Assembly: GCF_964245895.1 (NCBI RefSeq)
Contig: NZ_CAXTOQ010000003.1
Coordinates: 3,187 to 67,186 of the forward strand
Length of the DNA: 64,000 bases
Direction: 5' to 3'
From: an uncultured Amnibacterium sp.
GTDB taxonomy: Bacteria > Actinomycetota > Actinomycetes > Actinomycetales > Microbacteriaceae
The translations under genes and the position numbers were made by a program. This document shows, in pieces, positions 1-9,625 of the stretch (positions are counted from its first letter, which is position 1; each line of letters opens with the position of its first letter). Below the pieces are notes generated by a model. It searched no databases and was not told the origin of the DNA. It saw only the letters and a list, made by a program, of their open reading frames with translations.

Positions 1-224
1 CCGACTGCCGTCGTCGACGCCGTCGCGCCTGCCGCCTCCGACGCGCCCTCCGCCTCCGAAGCGCTCGCGGTCGTCGGCGCCGGCTGGAGGGGCTGCGACC
101 GCACCCCGTCGCCGCCGGCCGCGGGGTCGTGGATCCACTCGGTCCAGCGCTGCCCGTCCCAGTACCGCTTCGCGCCCCGGCCGTCGTCGTACCAGCCGGC
201 GGGCGCCTGCTGCTCGCCGCTCAT
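1..224 (-). CDS. DUF2510-domain protein, N-terminal part (runs off the window edge)
   Basis: Manual translation from ATG at 224: MSGEQQAPAGWYDDGRGAKRYWDGQRWTEW, matching the WY..D...RYWDG..WT DUF2510 motif; lies just downstream of the AIM24 gene. Confidence 0.75.
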   Translation of the reverse strand, partial: MSGEQQAPAGWYDDGRGAKRYWDGQRWTEWIHDPAAGGDGVRSQPLQPAPTTASASEAEGASEAAGATASTTAV

Positions 225-230
225 GGCCGC

Positions 231-1025
231 TCAGTCCTCCGAGCTGCTGTGGTGGTACATCGACTGGATCCCGACCCGGCCGGGGCCGACCATCTCCGCG
301 ACCCACATCTTGCCGAGCAGCCCGACCTTGATGCCGGGCACCGCGAAGGTGTTCATCGCCACCGACGAGTCCTTGTAGAGGAAGCGGCCCGGCTCCACCA
401 GGATCCGCTCGCCGGACCCGAGCGTGCGCTGCAGCACGTCCCCGTTGCCGTGCAGCATCAGCATCCCCGGCTGCCCCTTCGCGAAGAAGCGGTCGAGATA
501 CATGCCGCTGCCGCCATGCAGCAGGTTCGCCAGCCCCTTGATGCGCTGGAACGTGTAGTCGACCGCGTGGGAGGCGAGCAGGAACGCGTGCTCCCGCACG
601 TCCAGCTCGGTGTCCGCGTGGATCGGCATCACCACCAGCTCGCCCGGGGCGTCGCGGGAGAAGGCGATGCGTCCGGCACCCCCCGCGCTCAGCACGGAGT
701 ACGGCATGCCGTGCGCCCGACGCCTGGCCGGCAGGTCGAACTGCGACAGCGGGACATGCGGGTCCTTCCAGAGCATCGTGTGCTGCTCGAAGTACACGTG
801 ATCGTCCTGGTGCAGGTCGATCTCGGCGACCGGGACGTACTTCCCCTCCACCTGCAGGGTGGATCCGGAGAAGCTGAACTTCTCCATGTCCCGCAGCCGC
901 GGGGCCTCGCGCCACCCCGAGTCCGACACCTTGTCGTCGGCGTCGAGCGGGGCGCCGCAGGTGGCGCACTGCAGCGCGTCGGGCGCGTTGTTGAGCCGGC
1001 ACCAGCTGCAGACGATCAGTTCCAT
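231..1025 (-). CDS. AIM24 (DUF124/TIGR00266) family protein with N-terminal double zinc ribbon
   Basis: Start reset to MELIVCSWC; CxxC..CxxC ribbon followed by AIM24-like segments (VYFEQHTMLWKD, DVREHAFL, GQPGMLMLHGNG, GPGRVGIQSM). Confidence 0.8.
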   Translation of the reverse strand: MELIVCSWCRLNNAPDALQCATCGAPLDADDKVSDSGWREAPRLRDMEKFSFSGSTLQVEGKYVPVAEIDLHQDDHVYFEQHTMLWKDPHVPLSQFDLPARRRAHGMPYSVLSAGGAGRIAFSRDAPGELVVMPIHADTELDVREHAFLLASHAVDYTFQRIKGLANLLHGGSGMYLDRFFAKGQPGMLMLHGNGDVLQRTLGSGERILVEPGRFLYKDSSVAMNTFAVPGIKVGLLGKMWVAEMVGPGRVGIQSMYHHSSSED

Positions 1026-1323
1026 CGAACCTCCTCGGCCACGACCGACCTCTCCATCGCTGCGGGGATCGGGGCCGTCATCGGACCCGACATCGACGAC
1101 GGTAGTGATCCGTCCCGGTCCGGGCAGGGCTGCTGCGATCCGGTCAGGTTGCGTGCAGGTGGCCCGGGAGGCGGACTCGCTCGACTTCTGAGCCGCTCGC
1201 GCGTTCGCAGACACGTTCGAATGCTCGAGCGGTGCCGACGCAGTACTCTTCGCCCACCATCAGCACCTGCACCAGCACCTGACGACGCGGGCGTCCCACG
1301 CCCCGAGACGGGAGCAGTCGGCC

Positions 1324-3795
1324 GTGTCCGCCCCGCACGTCGACCGCGCGCGCCTCGTCGATCTGATCGTGGGCGGCGGCGTCACGGTGATCACGGCGCC
1401 GCCCGGCTGGGGCAAGACGACGCTGCTGCGGCAGACCGCGGCGCGGACGGGCGGTCGACTCCAGGAGCCCCCTCGCCCGACGGAGCCCGACCTCGACGCC
1501 GGGCTGCTCCTGGTCGACGACCCCGGCGAGGCGTCGGTGGCGTGGCAGGTGGGCGAGGGCCACCCGGGCGGCCTGGTGCTCGCGACACCCGCGAGCCCCT
1601 CCACGCGACTCCGGGCGGACCGGGTGATCGGCACGGCGGACCTGGCGTTCACGACGGCCGAGATCGCCGAACTGCTCCGTTCGGCGGGTCGCGACGACCG
1701 GTACCGCCTCGCCGCCCGGATCCGTGCGGAGACCTGGGGCTGGCCGGCCCTCGTCGTCGCCGCGATCGATGCGCTCGACGGCCGGATGCCGCTCGACGAC
1801 TCCGACCCCGATGCGCTGGCGCTCGGTCCGACCCGCGACCGGCTCGTCCGGGCCGCGCTCGAGGTGCTCGACGAGCAGGACGAGGTGGACCTGCGGATGC
1901 TCGCCGTGCTCCCCGGGTGGTCGGCCGGCGGCGTGCGGGCCGTCCTCGGAGCCCGCTCCGCGTCCGCCGTCGCCCGCCTCGAGCAGGCCGGGCTGCTGGT
2001 GGTGCACGGGCCGCCGCGTCGGGTCGCGGTGCTGCGCCCGATCAGGGACGCGCTCCACGCCGCCGGAGCCGGGTCGTCGGCCGAGCTCGACGTGGTGCTG
2101 CAGCGGGTCGGTCCTGCGGAGCCGGAGCTCGCCGCGCTGCGGGCGCTCGCCGGCGACTGGACCGGCGTCGCGCACGCGCTGGGGCGCGACCTCCGCGCCG
2201 CGCTCGAGGGGCCGCGGGACTGGGCGCTGTCGCTGCCGGGGCAGAGCGGCGCGTTCCGGCGCGCACGTGCAGCGGCGGTCGCCGATGCGGGGCGCACGGC
2301 GTCGATGCCCGCCGACGACGGGGCCGTGGAGGGTCCGCCGCCCGCCGCTCCCGCCTCGCTGGCAGCGGGCTTCGAGCTCGCCCCCCACCTCCTCCGCGCG
2401 ATCGGGGTCCTGCTGTCCGGTGACGTCCGCAGGGCGCTGCGACTGCTCGGGGCACCGGCCGCCGACCAGCGGACGGCGACCGTCGCCGAGCTGCTCGTCG
2501 CCGCGCTCGGGTCGGCGAGCGGGTCGGACGGCGATCGGCGCCGGCTCGAGGCCGTGGCGGCACGAGCGGAGGCCGGTGGTCTCGATCGGATCGCCCGGAT
2601 CGCGCTGGGTGCCGCCGCCGCGACGGGCCCCGGACCGCACGAGCGTCGGCTCCTCCGCGAGATCGTCGACGACTGCGAGCGATGCGGCGACGACGCCGCG
2701 GTCGCGCTTCTGGAGGCCTTCGACCTCGTCCGACGGTCGTTCGCGGGCACGCCGGCCCGCCGGGAGGCGACCGCGCTGCTCGGCCGGATCGAGCCGTACG
2801 GGTCCCCGACGGCCACGGCGTGGATCGCCGCGCTGCTCGCGCTCGCCGCGATCGGCGACGCGGATGCCCCGGTCCTCCTCGAGCGGGCCGAGCGCTCCGC
2901 CGCGGTCGCGAGGGCGCCGGGACCGCTGGCGCTGGCGCTCGGGGCCCGCGCGATCGTCTTCGACGGGGATCAGCCGCGGCTCCGGGCACGGGCACGTCAG
3001 CGCGCGCTGGAGGCGGGGATGCTGCGGCTCCCGTTCCCCGACCGGTGGCGGCCGGCGCGCCCCCCTCTGCAGCCCCTGGTGGGTATGGGCCAGGGGCCGA
3101 GCATCCGGATCCGCTGCTTCGGCCGCTTCGCCGTGTCCCTCGACGAGGTCGAGCTCGACCTGCGCAGGATGCGTCCTCAGGCCCGTCTCGTCCTGCGGGT
3201 CCTCGCGGCCTCCTCCGAGCGCCCGGTCCATCGCGATCTGCTCCTCGACCTGCTGTCGGCGGAGGACCGCGAGCCCGCGTCGCTGCACGCGCTGCACGTG
3301 CACCTGTCGAGCATCCGCAGCGTGTTCCGCGACGCGACGCCGCAGATCCTGGCCCGGCACGGCACCGCGTACTCGCTCGCGACGGCCGAGCGCTCGACGT
3401 CCGACGTGGCGGAGTTCGACGCGTCCGTCGCCCGTGCCCGACCGGCGATCGTCGCGACGGACCATCCGCTGGCGAAGTGGCACCTCCGCACCGCGCTCGA
3501 CGCGTACCAGGGCGACCTGCTCCCCGAGGACGGCGGCGCGGAGTGGGTGCTCGCCCTGCGGGACCGGTACGTGCTCAGGGCTGCGGAGGCGGCGTCCACG
3601 CTCGCCGAGCTGGAGCTCGCGACCGGAGACCTCGACGCGGCCGTCACCGCCGCGACGCGCAGCTGCGACATCGCGCCGTGGCGCGACTCGTCGTGGCGGC
3701 TCCTCATCGACGCGCACCATCGGCGGGGTGACGCGTCCTCCGCCCGGCGCGCGCGCAGCGAGTACCGGGACGTCCTGCACTCGCTCGGCGTCTGA
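1324..3795 (+). CDS. Large transcriptional regulator: P-loop (APPGWGKTT) N-terminus, C-terminal winged helix plus BTAD (SARP/MalT-like)
   Basis: Walker A motif; IRCFGRFAV and LHVHLSSIR winged helix; ALDAYQGDLLPED and DIAPWRDSSWRLLI BTAD motifs. Confidence 0.8.
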   Translation: MSAPHVDRARLVDLIVGGGVTVITAPPGWGKTTLLRQTAARTGGRLQEPPRPTEPDLDAGLLLVDDPGEASVAWQVGEGHPGGLVLATPASPSTRLRADRVIGTADLAFTTAEIAELLRSAGRDDRYRLAARIRAETWGWPALVVAAIDALDGRMPLDDSDPDALALGPTRDRLVRAALEVLDEQDEVDLRMLAVLPGWSAGGVRAVLGARSASAVARLEQAGLLVVHGPPRRVAVLRPIRDALHAAGAGSSAELDVVLQRVGPAEPELAALRALAGDWTGVAHALGRDLRAALEGPRDWALSLPGQSGAFRRARAAAVADAGRTASMPADDGAVEGPPPAAPASLAAGFELAPHLLRAIGVLLSGDVRRALRLLGAPAADQRTATVAELLVAALGSASGSDGDRRRLEAVAARAEAGGLDRIARIALGAAAATGPGPHERRLLREIVDDCERCGDDAAVALLEAFDLVRRSFAGTPARREATALLGRIEPYGSPTATAWIAALLALAAIGDADAPVLLERAERSAAVARAPGPLALALGARAIVFDGDQPRLRARARQRALEAGMLRLPFPDRWRPARPPLQPLVGMGQGPSIRIRCFGRFAVSLDEVELDLRRMRPQARLVLRVLAASSERPVHRDLLLDLLSAEDREPASLHALHVHLSSIRSVFRDATPQILARHGTAYSLATAERSTSDVAEFDASVARARPAIVATDHPLAKWHLRTALDAYQGDLLPEDGGAEWVLALRDRYVLRAAEAASTLAELELATGDLDAAVTAATRSCDIAPWRDSSWRLLIDAHHRRGDASSARRARSEYRDVLHSLGV

Positions 3796-3798
3796 GGC

Positions 3799-4902
3799 TC
3801 AGCGGCCGCTGAACTCGACCTCGGCGATCGCGACCCGGGCGTTCGGCGGGACCATGGACTGCAGCACCGTCACGCGGACGGTCTGCACCTGGTCGACGCC
3901 GAGGTCGAGCCGCTGCGGCCCGGGCTGGTCGTCGAGGTGCATCGTCCGCACGACCGACGGCGCGCCCGACCGCTCGATCGTGACCCGCAGCTCCGTCGGC
4001 CGCCCGTTCTTCAGGAACGTCTGCTGGTCGGTCGCCGCGCCCGGCAGCACCTGGAGGACGACGAGCCGGAACGGCTTGCGGAACGAGAAGGTGAGGCTCT
4101 CCCCCGTCGCAGGCCCCGGCTGGGCGGCCTCCCACGCGATGTTCGACGCCCCGTCGTGGGCGGCCGTCGCGGGGTGCCCGCTCGCCGACCCGGACGCGGT
4201 GACCTTGCTCGGGTTGACGGCTCCGACCCCGAAGACGCGATCGACCGCCGATGCGGCGAAGGACGCCAGCGGATCGCGCAGGAGGTAGCCGCCGACCAGC
4301 AGCGCGAGCACGATCGCGACGACGACCACCACCGCGACGATGCGGCCGCCGCCGGACCGCCGGCGGAACGTGGCGGCGGCGGGCCGGGGCGCTGCGGCCG
4401 ACGGCTGGGGCGCTGCAGCGACGATCTCGGCACCGCAGGAGGTGCAGAAGTGCCGCCCCGCCGTGTTCCACGCACCGCAGGAGGCGCACCGGACACCCGT
4501 GCCGCCGCCGCTCGACCGCGCTGCCGACGGCGAGACGCCGGAGGGAGGCGCCTTCGGTGCCGCCCTCCCCGGCAGCATCGCGACCGGGTCCCCGTCCACG
4601 GCCGAGGCGGTCGCCGGCTCGTCGTCGAACGGCCACGGCGGGATCGTGATGACGGGCAGCGAGGCGGCGGGCTGCGGCGCATCGGGCTGCTGGGCCACTT
4701 CGGGTCCGGCGTCCGTCTTCGTCGCGCCCGCAGCAGGACGGGGATCCTCGGCCCGCGGCGCCGCCTTGGACGGGGCCGACCGCTGCGGCACCGCACCGGC
4801 CGGCCGTGCGCCGCCCGGCTGGTCCCACGCGAGGTAGGCGTCGCACTGCGGGCAGAAGTCGACGTCCGCGGTGACCATCGCACCGCACTCCGGGCAGGTC
4901 AC
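3799..4902 (-). CDS. CIS-associated bitopic membrane protein: two zinc ribbons, Pro/Ala linker, one TM helix, C-terminal discoidin/glycan-binding-like domain
   Basis: GTG at 4902 overlaps the upstream stop (GTGA); CPECG..CPQC and CASCG..CTSC motifs; TM IVAVVVVVAIVLALLVGGYLL; last gene of the baseplate operon. Confidence 0.7.
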   Translation of the reverse strand: MTCPECGAMVTADVDFCPQCDAYLAWDQPGGARPAGAVPQRSAPSKAAPRAEDPRPAAGATKTDAGPEVAQQPDAPQPAASLPVITIPPWPFDDEPATASAVDGDPVAMLPGRAAPKAPPSGVSPSAARSSGGGTGVRCASCGAWNTAGRHFCTSCGAEIVAAAPQPSAAAPRPAAATFRRRSGGGRIVAVVVVVAIVLALLVGGYLLRDPLASFAASAVDRVFGVGAVNPSKVTASGSASGHPATAAHDGASNIAWEAAQPGPATGESLTFSFRKPFRLVVLQVLPGAATDQQTFLKNGRPTELRVTIERSGAPSVVRTMHLDDQPGPQRLDLGVDQVQTVRVTVLQSMVPPNARVAIAEVEFSGR

Positions 4903-5456
4903 GCTGCACCGTCCGACGGGAAGCGGACGGTGAACGGCACCGACGCCGGCACGGCCGCCGCCACGACGGATCGGAGCCGCTGCTGGTACTCCGGCGCCGC
5001 GGTCTCCGGCCCCGTGACCGTGACCGTCACGCGAGCGGGACCGCCGGCGGGCGGGCGGCCGTCGGGCACGGCCGACACGGCGACCCCGCCGGTGTCCTCG
5101 ACCACGACGACCGCGTCGGCACCGGCGGCGACGCTCACAGCGAACCGCACGCCCTCGATCGTGCCACGTCCGGCGTGCATCGCAGTAGCGCGGGCGATGA
5201 GGGCACGGGTCCGATCGGCGCCCCAGCCCGCGCCGGAGTCGAACCCCACCCAGGTGCCCAGCCAGGGGAGGAAGTCCTGCGGCGTGAGCGCCGGGTCGAC
5301 GTAGGCCTCGAGCGAGTCGAGCGTCAGCAGCACCGGGGCGAGCAGCTCGTCGACGGCACCGCACAGCAGCTCGATGAAGGCGTCGTCCTGCAGCACGCCG
5401 GGCAGCCGCGTGCTGAGCGGTGTCGCGACCCCGAGCCCGTCGACCGTCCCGCGCAT
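4899..5456 (-). CDS. Phage tail protein I-like baseplate wedge protein (P2 gpI type)
   Basis: YVDPALTPQDFLPWLGTWVG and RGTIEG motifs; directly follows baseplate J. Confidence 0.85.
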   Translation of the reverse strand: MRGTVDGLGVATPLSTRLPGVLQDDAFIELLCGAVDELLAPVLLTLDSLEAYVDPALTPQDFLPWLGTWVGFDSGAGWGADRTRALIARATAMHAGRGTIEGVRFAVSVAAGADAVVVVEDTGGVAVSAVPDGRPPAGGPARVTVTVTGPETAAPEYQQRLRSVVAAAVPASVPFTVRFPSDGAA

Positions 5457-5457
5457 G

Positions 5458-7395
5458 TCAGACCGCCGCCACCACGCGCACCCGGTGCTCGAACGGGTAC
5501 ACCAGCGCGTTGGCGGCGAGCTCGATCCGGCCGGTCTGCTCCCCCCGCTTGCCCGTCACGGGATCGGCCGGGAAGAGCAGGACCTCCTCGACCAGCTCGA
5601 CGCCCGGCAGGTTCTGCAGCACCCCGAACAGCTCCCCGGCGACGAGCGGCCGCCCGAACGGCCAGCCCCGCCCCTCCGGGCCGCCGTCGACCGGGTCGAG
5701 GTAGCGGTACAGCGCGTCGGTCGCCCGGTTCGCGAGGTCGTCCGCGTCCACGCCGCCGCGGGCCGCGATCCTCGTGATGACCGTCACGCCCTGGAACCGC
5801 GGCGGCTCGACCAGCACCCGCGTGCCGACCAGCCTGCGCCGGTCGAGTCGTTCCGCGATCGCGTTCAGCAGCTCGATCGGAGGATCCAGCGACTCGAACG
5901 GGATCCTGCCGTGCTCGTCCCTGCCCGGTGCGGGGACCACCAGCAGGCGCACGAGGCCGGCGTCGGCCGGGCTCGCGGCGGGGGCGCAGCGCACCCGCGC
6001 GATGCCGGAGGCCGCGTCGCGGGCGATCGACTCGAAGTCCTCGACGGTGACGGCGCGATCCCGCGTCCGCAGCGCGACCGGGGCACGCCGCTTCGCCTCG
6101 TCGACCGTCTCCCCGGCGGTGCCGCCGTGGGCCGCGAGCCGGTTCCCCGCCCCCGAGACGAACGGGATGGTCCGGCGCAGGACCGTCAGCGTGCCGGCCG
6201 CGACGTTCCCCTCCGCGCCACCGCCGGTCCGGTAGGAGCGCACGCGCAGCGGCGCCCCCTTCGGCGGCACCGCCCCGTAGCGGCGCAGCGATCCGTCCTG
6301 CTGACGGAGGGCCGGGCCGAAGACGACCACGCCCTCGGCGCGGTCGAGCGTCACGACGCGGTCGTCCGGGCCGGCGCCCGCGAAGTCGGGGACCTCCATC
6401 CACTCGGTCCACCCGGCGCCGTCCGCGACCTCGACCACGACCGGGTCCCGGTCGGCGACCACGGGACTGCGCTGCAGCGCGAACCGCTGCCCCGGCACCC
6501 CCTCCGACAGCCCGACGACCTCCCCCGCGATGCGCTCCGCGTGCAGCGCCGCCACCCGGCCGCCGACCGTCGCCGCCGTCACGGCGGTGATGACCGGCGA
6601 CTCGCTGTAGAACGGGTACCCGGCGGGCGGCGCGACGGTCCGGCAGCGGACCCATCCGGCGCGGACGCCGGCGACCAGCGAGACGGCGTGGGAGGCGGGC
6701 AGCAGCAGGACGACGTCACCGTTCCGGTTGAGACCGCCGGTCCCGTCCTCCACCACCTCGCACGCCTCCCAGGTCGCACCGGTCCATCCCTCCCACCGGA
6801 TCGGCGGCTGCCGCGGGTCGACCCCGACGCCGCGGACCTCGCAGCCGAACCGGAACCGGACGGCGCAGTCCGGCGCGGCGCCGTCGAGGCCGAGCAGCAT
6901 CGCGTCGCCGACCTTCGGCGTCTCGGAGAACGCGGAGAAGCGACCGCCGGCCGCGCCGACGACCGGTGCACCGGCCCCGGGCGGAGCGGTGCCCGTGGCG
7001 ACCAGCTCCCGCGGCGGCATCGCCAGGTCCGCGGTGGTCGCGAAGACGATCGGCGGCGCCTCCGGCACGCGCCGCGTGCCGACCTCCGTCCCCTCCGGGA
7101 TCGTGACGACCACCTGCTGCGGCGCGGCGAGCCGGAACACGAGGTCCGCGACCGCGGCCGCCGGCGGATGCAGCTGCACGCCGATCAGGTCGAGGAAGGT
7201 CACGTACAGCCGGTCGGGCACACGGTTGAGCCGGTAGAACAGCTCGTCCACCATGAACGCGACCGTCTCGATCAGGGTGACGCCCGGGTCCGACACGTTG
7301 TGGTCGGTCCAGTCGGGCGACCGCTCCTGGACCAGCCGCTTCGCGTCGTCCACCAGGTCCTGGAACCGCCGGTCGTCGAGGTCGGGGGCCTTCAT
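5458..7395 (-). CDS. Baseplate assembly protein (baseplate J/gp47-like)
   Basis: Start MKAPDLDDRRFQDLVDDAK; WTDHNVSDPGVTLIE and RDRAVTVEDFE motifs; ATGA overlap with gp25. Confidence 0.92.
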   Translation of the reverse strand: MKAPDLDDRRFQDLVDDAKRLVQERSPDWTDHNVSDPGVTLIETVAFMVDELFYRLNRVPDRLYVTFLDLIGVQLHPPAAAVADLVFRLAAPQQVVVTIPEGTEVGTRRVPEAPPIVFATTADLAMPPRELVATGTAPPGAGAPVVGAAGGRFSAFSETPKVGDAMLLGLDGAAPDCAVRFRFGCEVRGVGVDPRQPPIRWEGWTGATWEACEVVEDGTGGLNRNGDVVLLLPASHAVSLVAGVRAGWVRCRTVAPPAGYPFYSESPVITAVTAATVGGRVAALHAERIAGEVVGLSEGVPGQRFALQRSPVVADRDPVVVEVADGAGWTEWMEVPDFAGAGPDDRVVTLDRAEGVVVFGPALRQQDGSLRRYGAVPPKGAPLRVRSYRTGGGAEGNVAAGTLTVLRRTIPFVSGAGNRLAAHGGTAGETVDEAKRRAPVALRTRDRAVTVEDFESIARDAASGIARVRCAPAASPADAGLVRLLVVPAPGRDEHGRIPFESLDPPIELLNAIAERLDRRRLVGTRVLVEPPRFQGVTVITRIAARGGVDADDLANRATDALYRYLDPVDGGPEGRGWPFGRPLVAGELFGVLQNLPGVELVEEVLLFPADPVTGKRGEQTGRIELAANALVYPFEHRVRVVAAV

Positions 7396-7802
7396 GCGGC
7401 GCCTCCTTCGTGCTGCGGGATGACGTAGAACGGGAACACGAGGTTGCGCGGGTCGTTCGTGCCGCGAAGGCGGTACCCGATCTCGATCTGCAGCACGCCC
7501 TCGTCCGCGCGGTCGAAGAGGACCCGCACGTCCTCGAGCTCGATCCGCACCTCCCAGCGCTCCAGCGCGAGCCGCACCGCGTGCGCCATGTCCCCGGCCG
7601 TCGCCTGGTTCGCGGGGGCGAACACGTACCGGTGGATCGCGCAGCCGAACTCGGGCCGCATCGGCCGCTCCCCCGGCGCCGTCGAGAGGATCAGGCGGAT
7701 GCTCTCCATGATCTCCCGGTCGCCGGTCGACAGCTGCACCCCGCCGGTCGGCGACATCCGGACCGGGAACGACCACCCCGCGCCGACGAAGTCCGCGGCC
7801 AT
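7392..7802 (-). CDS. GPW/gp25 baseplate protein
   Basis: Start MAADFVGAGWSFP; ILSTAPGERPMRPEFGC and WEVRI motifs. Confidence 0.92.
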   Translation of the reverse strand: MAADFVGAGWSFPVRMSPTGGVQLSTGDREIMESIRLILSTAPGERPMRPEFGCAIHRYVFAPANQATAGDMAHAVRLALERWEVRIELEDVRVLFDRADEGVLQIEIGYRLRGTNDPRNLVFPFYVIPQHEGGAA

Positions 7803-9625
7803 CAGTTGATCCTCACCGTGGCGCCGCGCACGGTCGTGACCCCCGACGCGGAGAGCTCGGCGGAGGCGGTGCCCGCGACCTTGACCGACGCCGCCGACGC
7901 CTCCAGCTGCGACGTCGCCGTGATCTTCACCGACGCGGCCTTCACCGAGAGGTCGGTTGTCGCCTCGATCGACACCGACGTCCCCTTGAGGGCGACCGCG
8001 CCGCGCGCGGTCACCGACGCGTCGCCTCCCGCGGTCACCTGGACCGGTCCCCCGGCGGTGACCTGGATGCTCTGGTCGCCCTTCTGGGTGATCCGCAGCT
8101 CCTGGCCGTCCGAGGTCGTGACCTTGACGCACTCCGCGCCCTGGTCCTCGTCGAACTCGACCGTCATCCCCGTGCGGGACGTGAACGACCGCCGTACGAC
8201 CTCCCCGCCGCGGACGTGCTGCCCGGGACGCGGATCGCCGCTCGGCACGATGCCGCCCAGCACCACCGGGCGGTCGATGTCCCCGTGCTCGAAGACGACG
8301 AGGACCAGGTCCCCGACCTCGGGCAGCGCCATCGCGCCGCGAGCGCTCGCCGCACCGGCCTGCACGACCGGGCACCACCGGCTGACGTAGTCGTCCGACG
8401 ACTCGGGCAGGGCGACCCGCACCCGTCCGGCGTTCCCGGGGTCGTCGATGTCGCTCACGATCCCGACGACCGGCGCCCAGCCCTCGCCCGGGGACCGCAG
8501 GGTCCCCGGCACCGCCCCGCCGGAGGTCCGCGCGGCGAGGCCGAACAGGGACCGGTCGTCCTCCCCGCTCACCACCACCTCGGTCGTGTACGCGTGACCG
8601 GGCAGGAAGCGGTGGACCACCTCGCTGACGGTGTGCCTGCCGTCGAAGGGGGCACCGAACCCGGACACGGCGACCGCGCAGCCCGCTCGCAGGGAGGCGT
8701 TGCCCCGCACCTCGGCCCGCACCTCCGCGATCGCCGCGCCGACCCGCTCGGCGTACGCGCGGGCCGCGGCGTCCACCGCGGAGGGCTGGTCCCGCACCGG
8801 TGCCGCGATGACGAGCCGCGGCGCCCCGGCCGCGGAGGCGGCGCGGGCCGGGTCCATCCCGTCGACGAGGACGGCGGCGCTGCCCGCGGAGGCCCGGCCG
8901 ACAACGACCCTCGCCTCCTGCGGGTCCCAGCCCCGCACCTCCACGTCGGGCACCTGGTGCGCATCGGTGACCGTCGCCTGGAACCGCAGCACGTTCACCC
9001 CCTGCTCGAGCACCAGCGGGTCGCTCGACGCGGTCGCCCCCGCCGCCGGAGCGGAGGACGCCGCATCGGGCCGGGCGAAGTGGAGGGTGCCGTCGCGCCA
9101 GAACAGCGCCGCCCCCGTCATCGCGGCGAGATCGGTGAGGAACCGCCAGTCCGCGACGCCCGCCTGCGACAGGTGCTCGACGACCGGCCCCTCCACCGAG
9201 ACGACCACGTCCACCCCCGCTCGGCCGGCGACGCGGCGCACGATGTCGCCGACGGTGCAGTCCAGGTAGGCCTCGAAGCGCGCGCCGCGCTGCAGCCGGT
9301 GACCGCGGTGCAGTCCCCGCACGACCGTGCAGAGCGCGCCCACCTCGACCTCCCGCTCGAGCGCGGTCACCTCGGCCTCGAGCAGCGGCTTCGGCGCCGG
9401 CGTCCGGTTCGAGGTGACCGAGAGGCGCACCTTCGCGCCCAGCCGGAACCCGGCCCGCGCGAGCAGCGTGCCGGTCGCGTCGCTGAACCGCAGGAAGAAG
9501 CCGTCCGGCAGCCCGAGCCCCGAGGTGACGGCGCCGCCGAGCACCGTCGCGGCGTCGCGGTCGGACAGCGGGGTGCCGTCGACCTCGATCACCAGCTCGC
9601 TCGCGGTGTCGTCACCGAGCGGCAC
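7802..9625 (-). CDS. vgrG: VgrG-like spike (gp27/gp5 OB-fold, beta-helix C-terminus) without C-terminal effector extension
   Basis: DDPGNAGRVRV and LPEVGDLVLVVFEHGDIDRPVVLG motifs; ends GATVRIN. Confidence 0.9.
   Translation of the reverse strand: MPLGDDTASELVIEVDGTPLSDRDAATVLGGAVTSGLGLPDGFFLRFSDATGTLLARAGFRLGAKVRLSVTSNRTPAPKPLLEAEVTALEREVEVGALCTVVRGLHRGHRLQRGARFEAYLDCTVGDIVRRVAGRAGVDVVVSVEGPVVEHLSQAGVADWRFLTDLAAMTGAALFWRDGTLHFARPDAASSAPAAGATASSDPLVLEQGVNVLRFQATVTDAHQVPDVEVRGWDPQEARVVVGRASAGSAAVLVDGMDPARAASAAGAPRLVIAAPVRDQPSAVDAAARAYAERVGAAIAEVRAEVRGNASLRAGCAVAVSGFGAPFDGRHTVSEVVHRFLPGHAYTTEVVVSGEDDRSLFGLAARTSGGAVPGTLRSPGEGWAPVVGIVSDIDDPGNAGRVRVALPESSDDYVSRWCPVVQAGAASARGAMALPEVGDLVLVVFEHGDIDRPVVLGGIVPSGDPRPGQHVRGGEVVRRSFTSRTGMTVEFDEDQGAECVKVTTSDGQELRITQKGDQSIQVTAGGPVQVTAGGDASVTARGAVALKGTSVSIEATTDLSVKAASVKITATSQLEASAASVKVAGTASAELSASGVTTVRGATVRIN

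Noticed and set aside
7396-7776. Upstream extensions in the supplied ORF track for baseplate J, ATPase, DUF4157, rplJ, nitroreductase, XDH and others
   Set aside because: Extensions overlap neighbouring real genes; starts were reset to conserved N-termini with stop/start coupling
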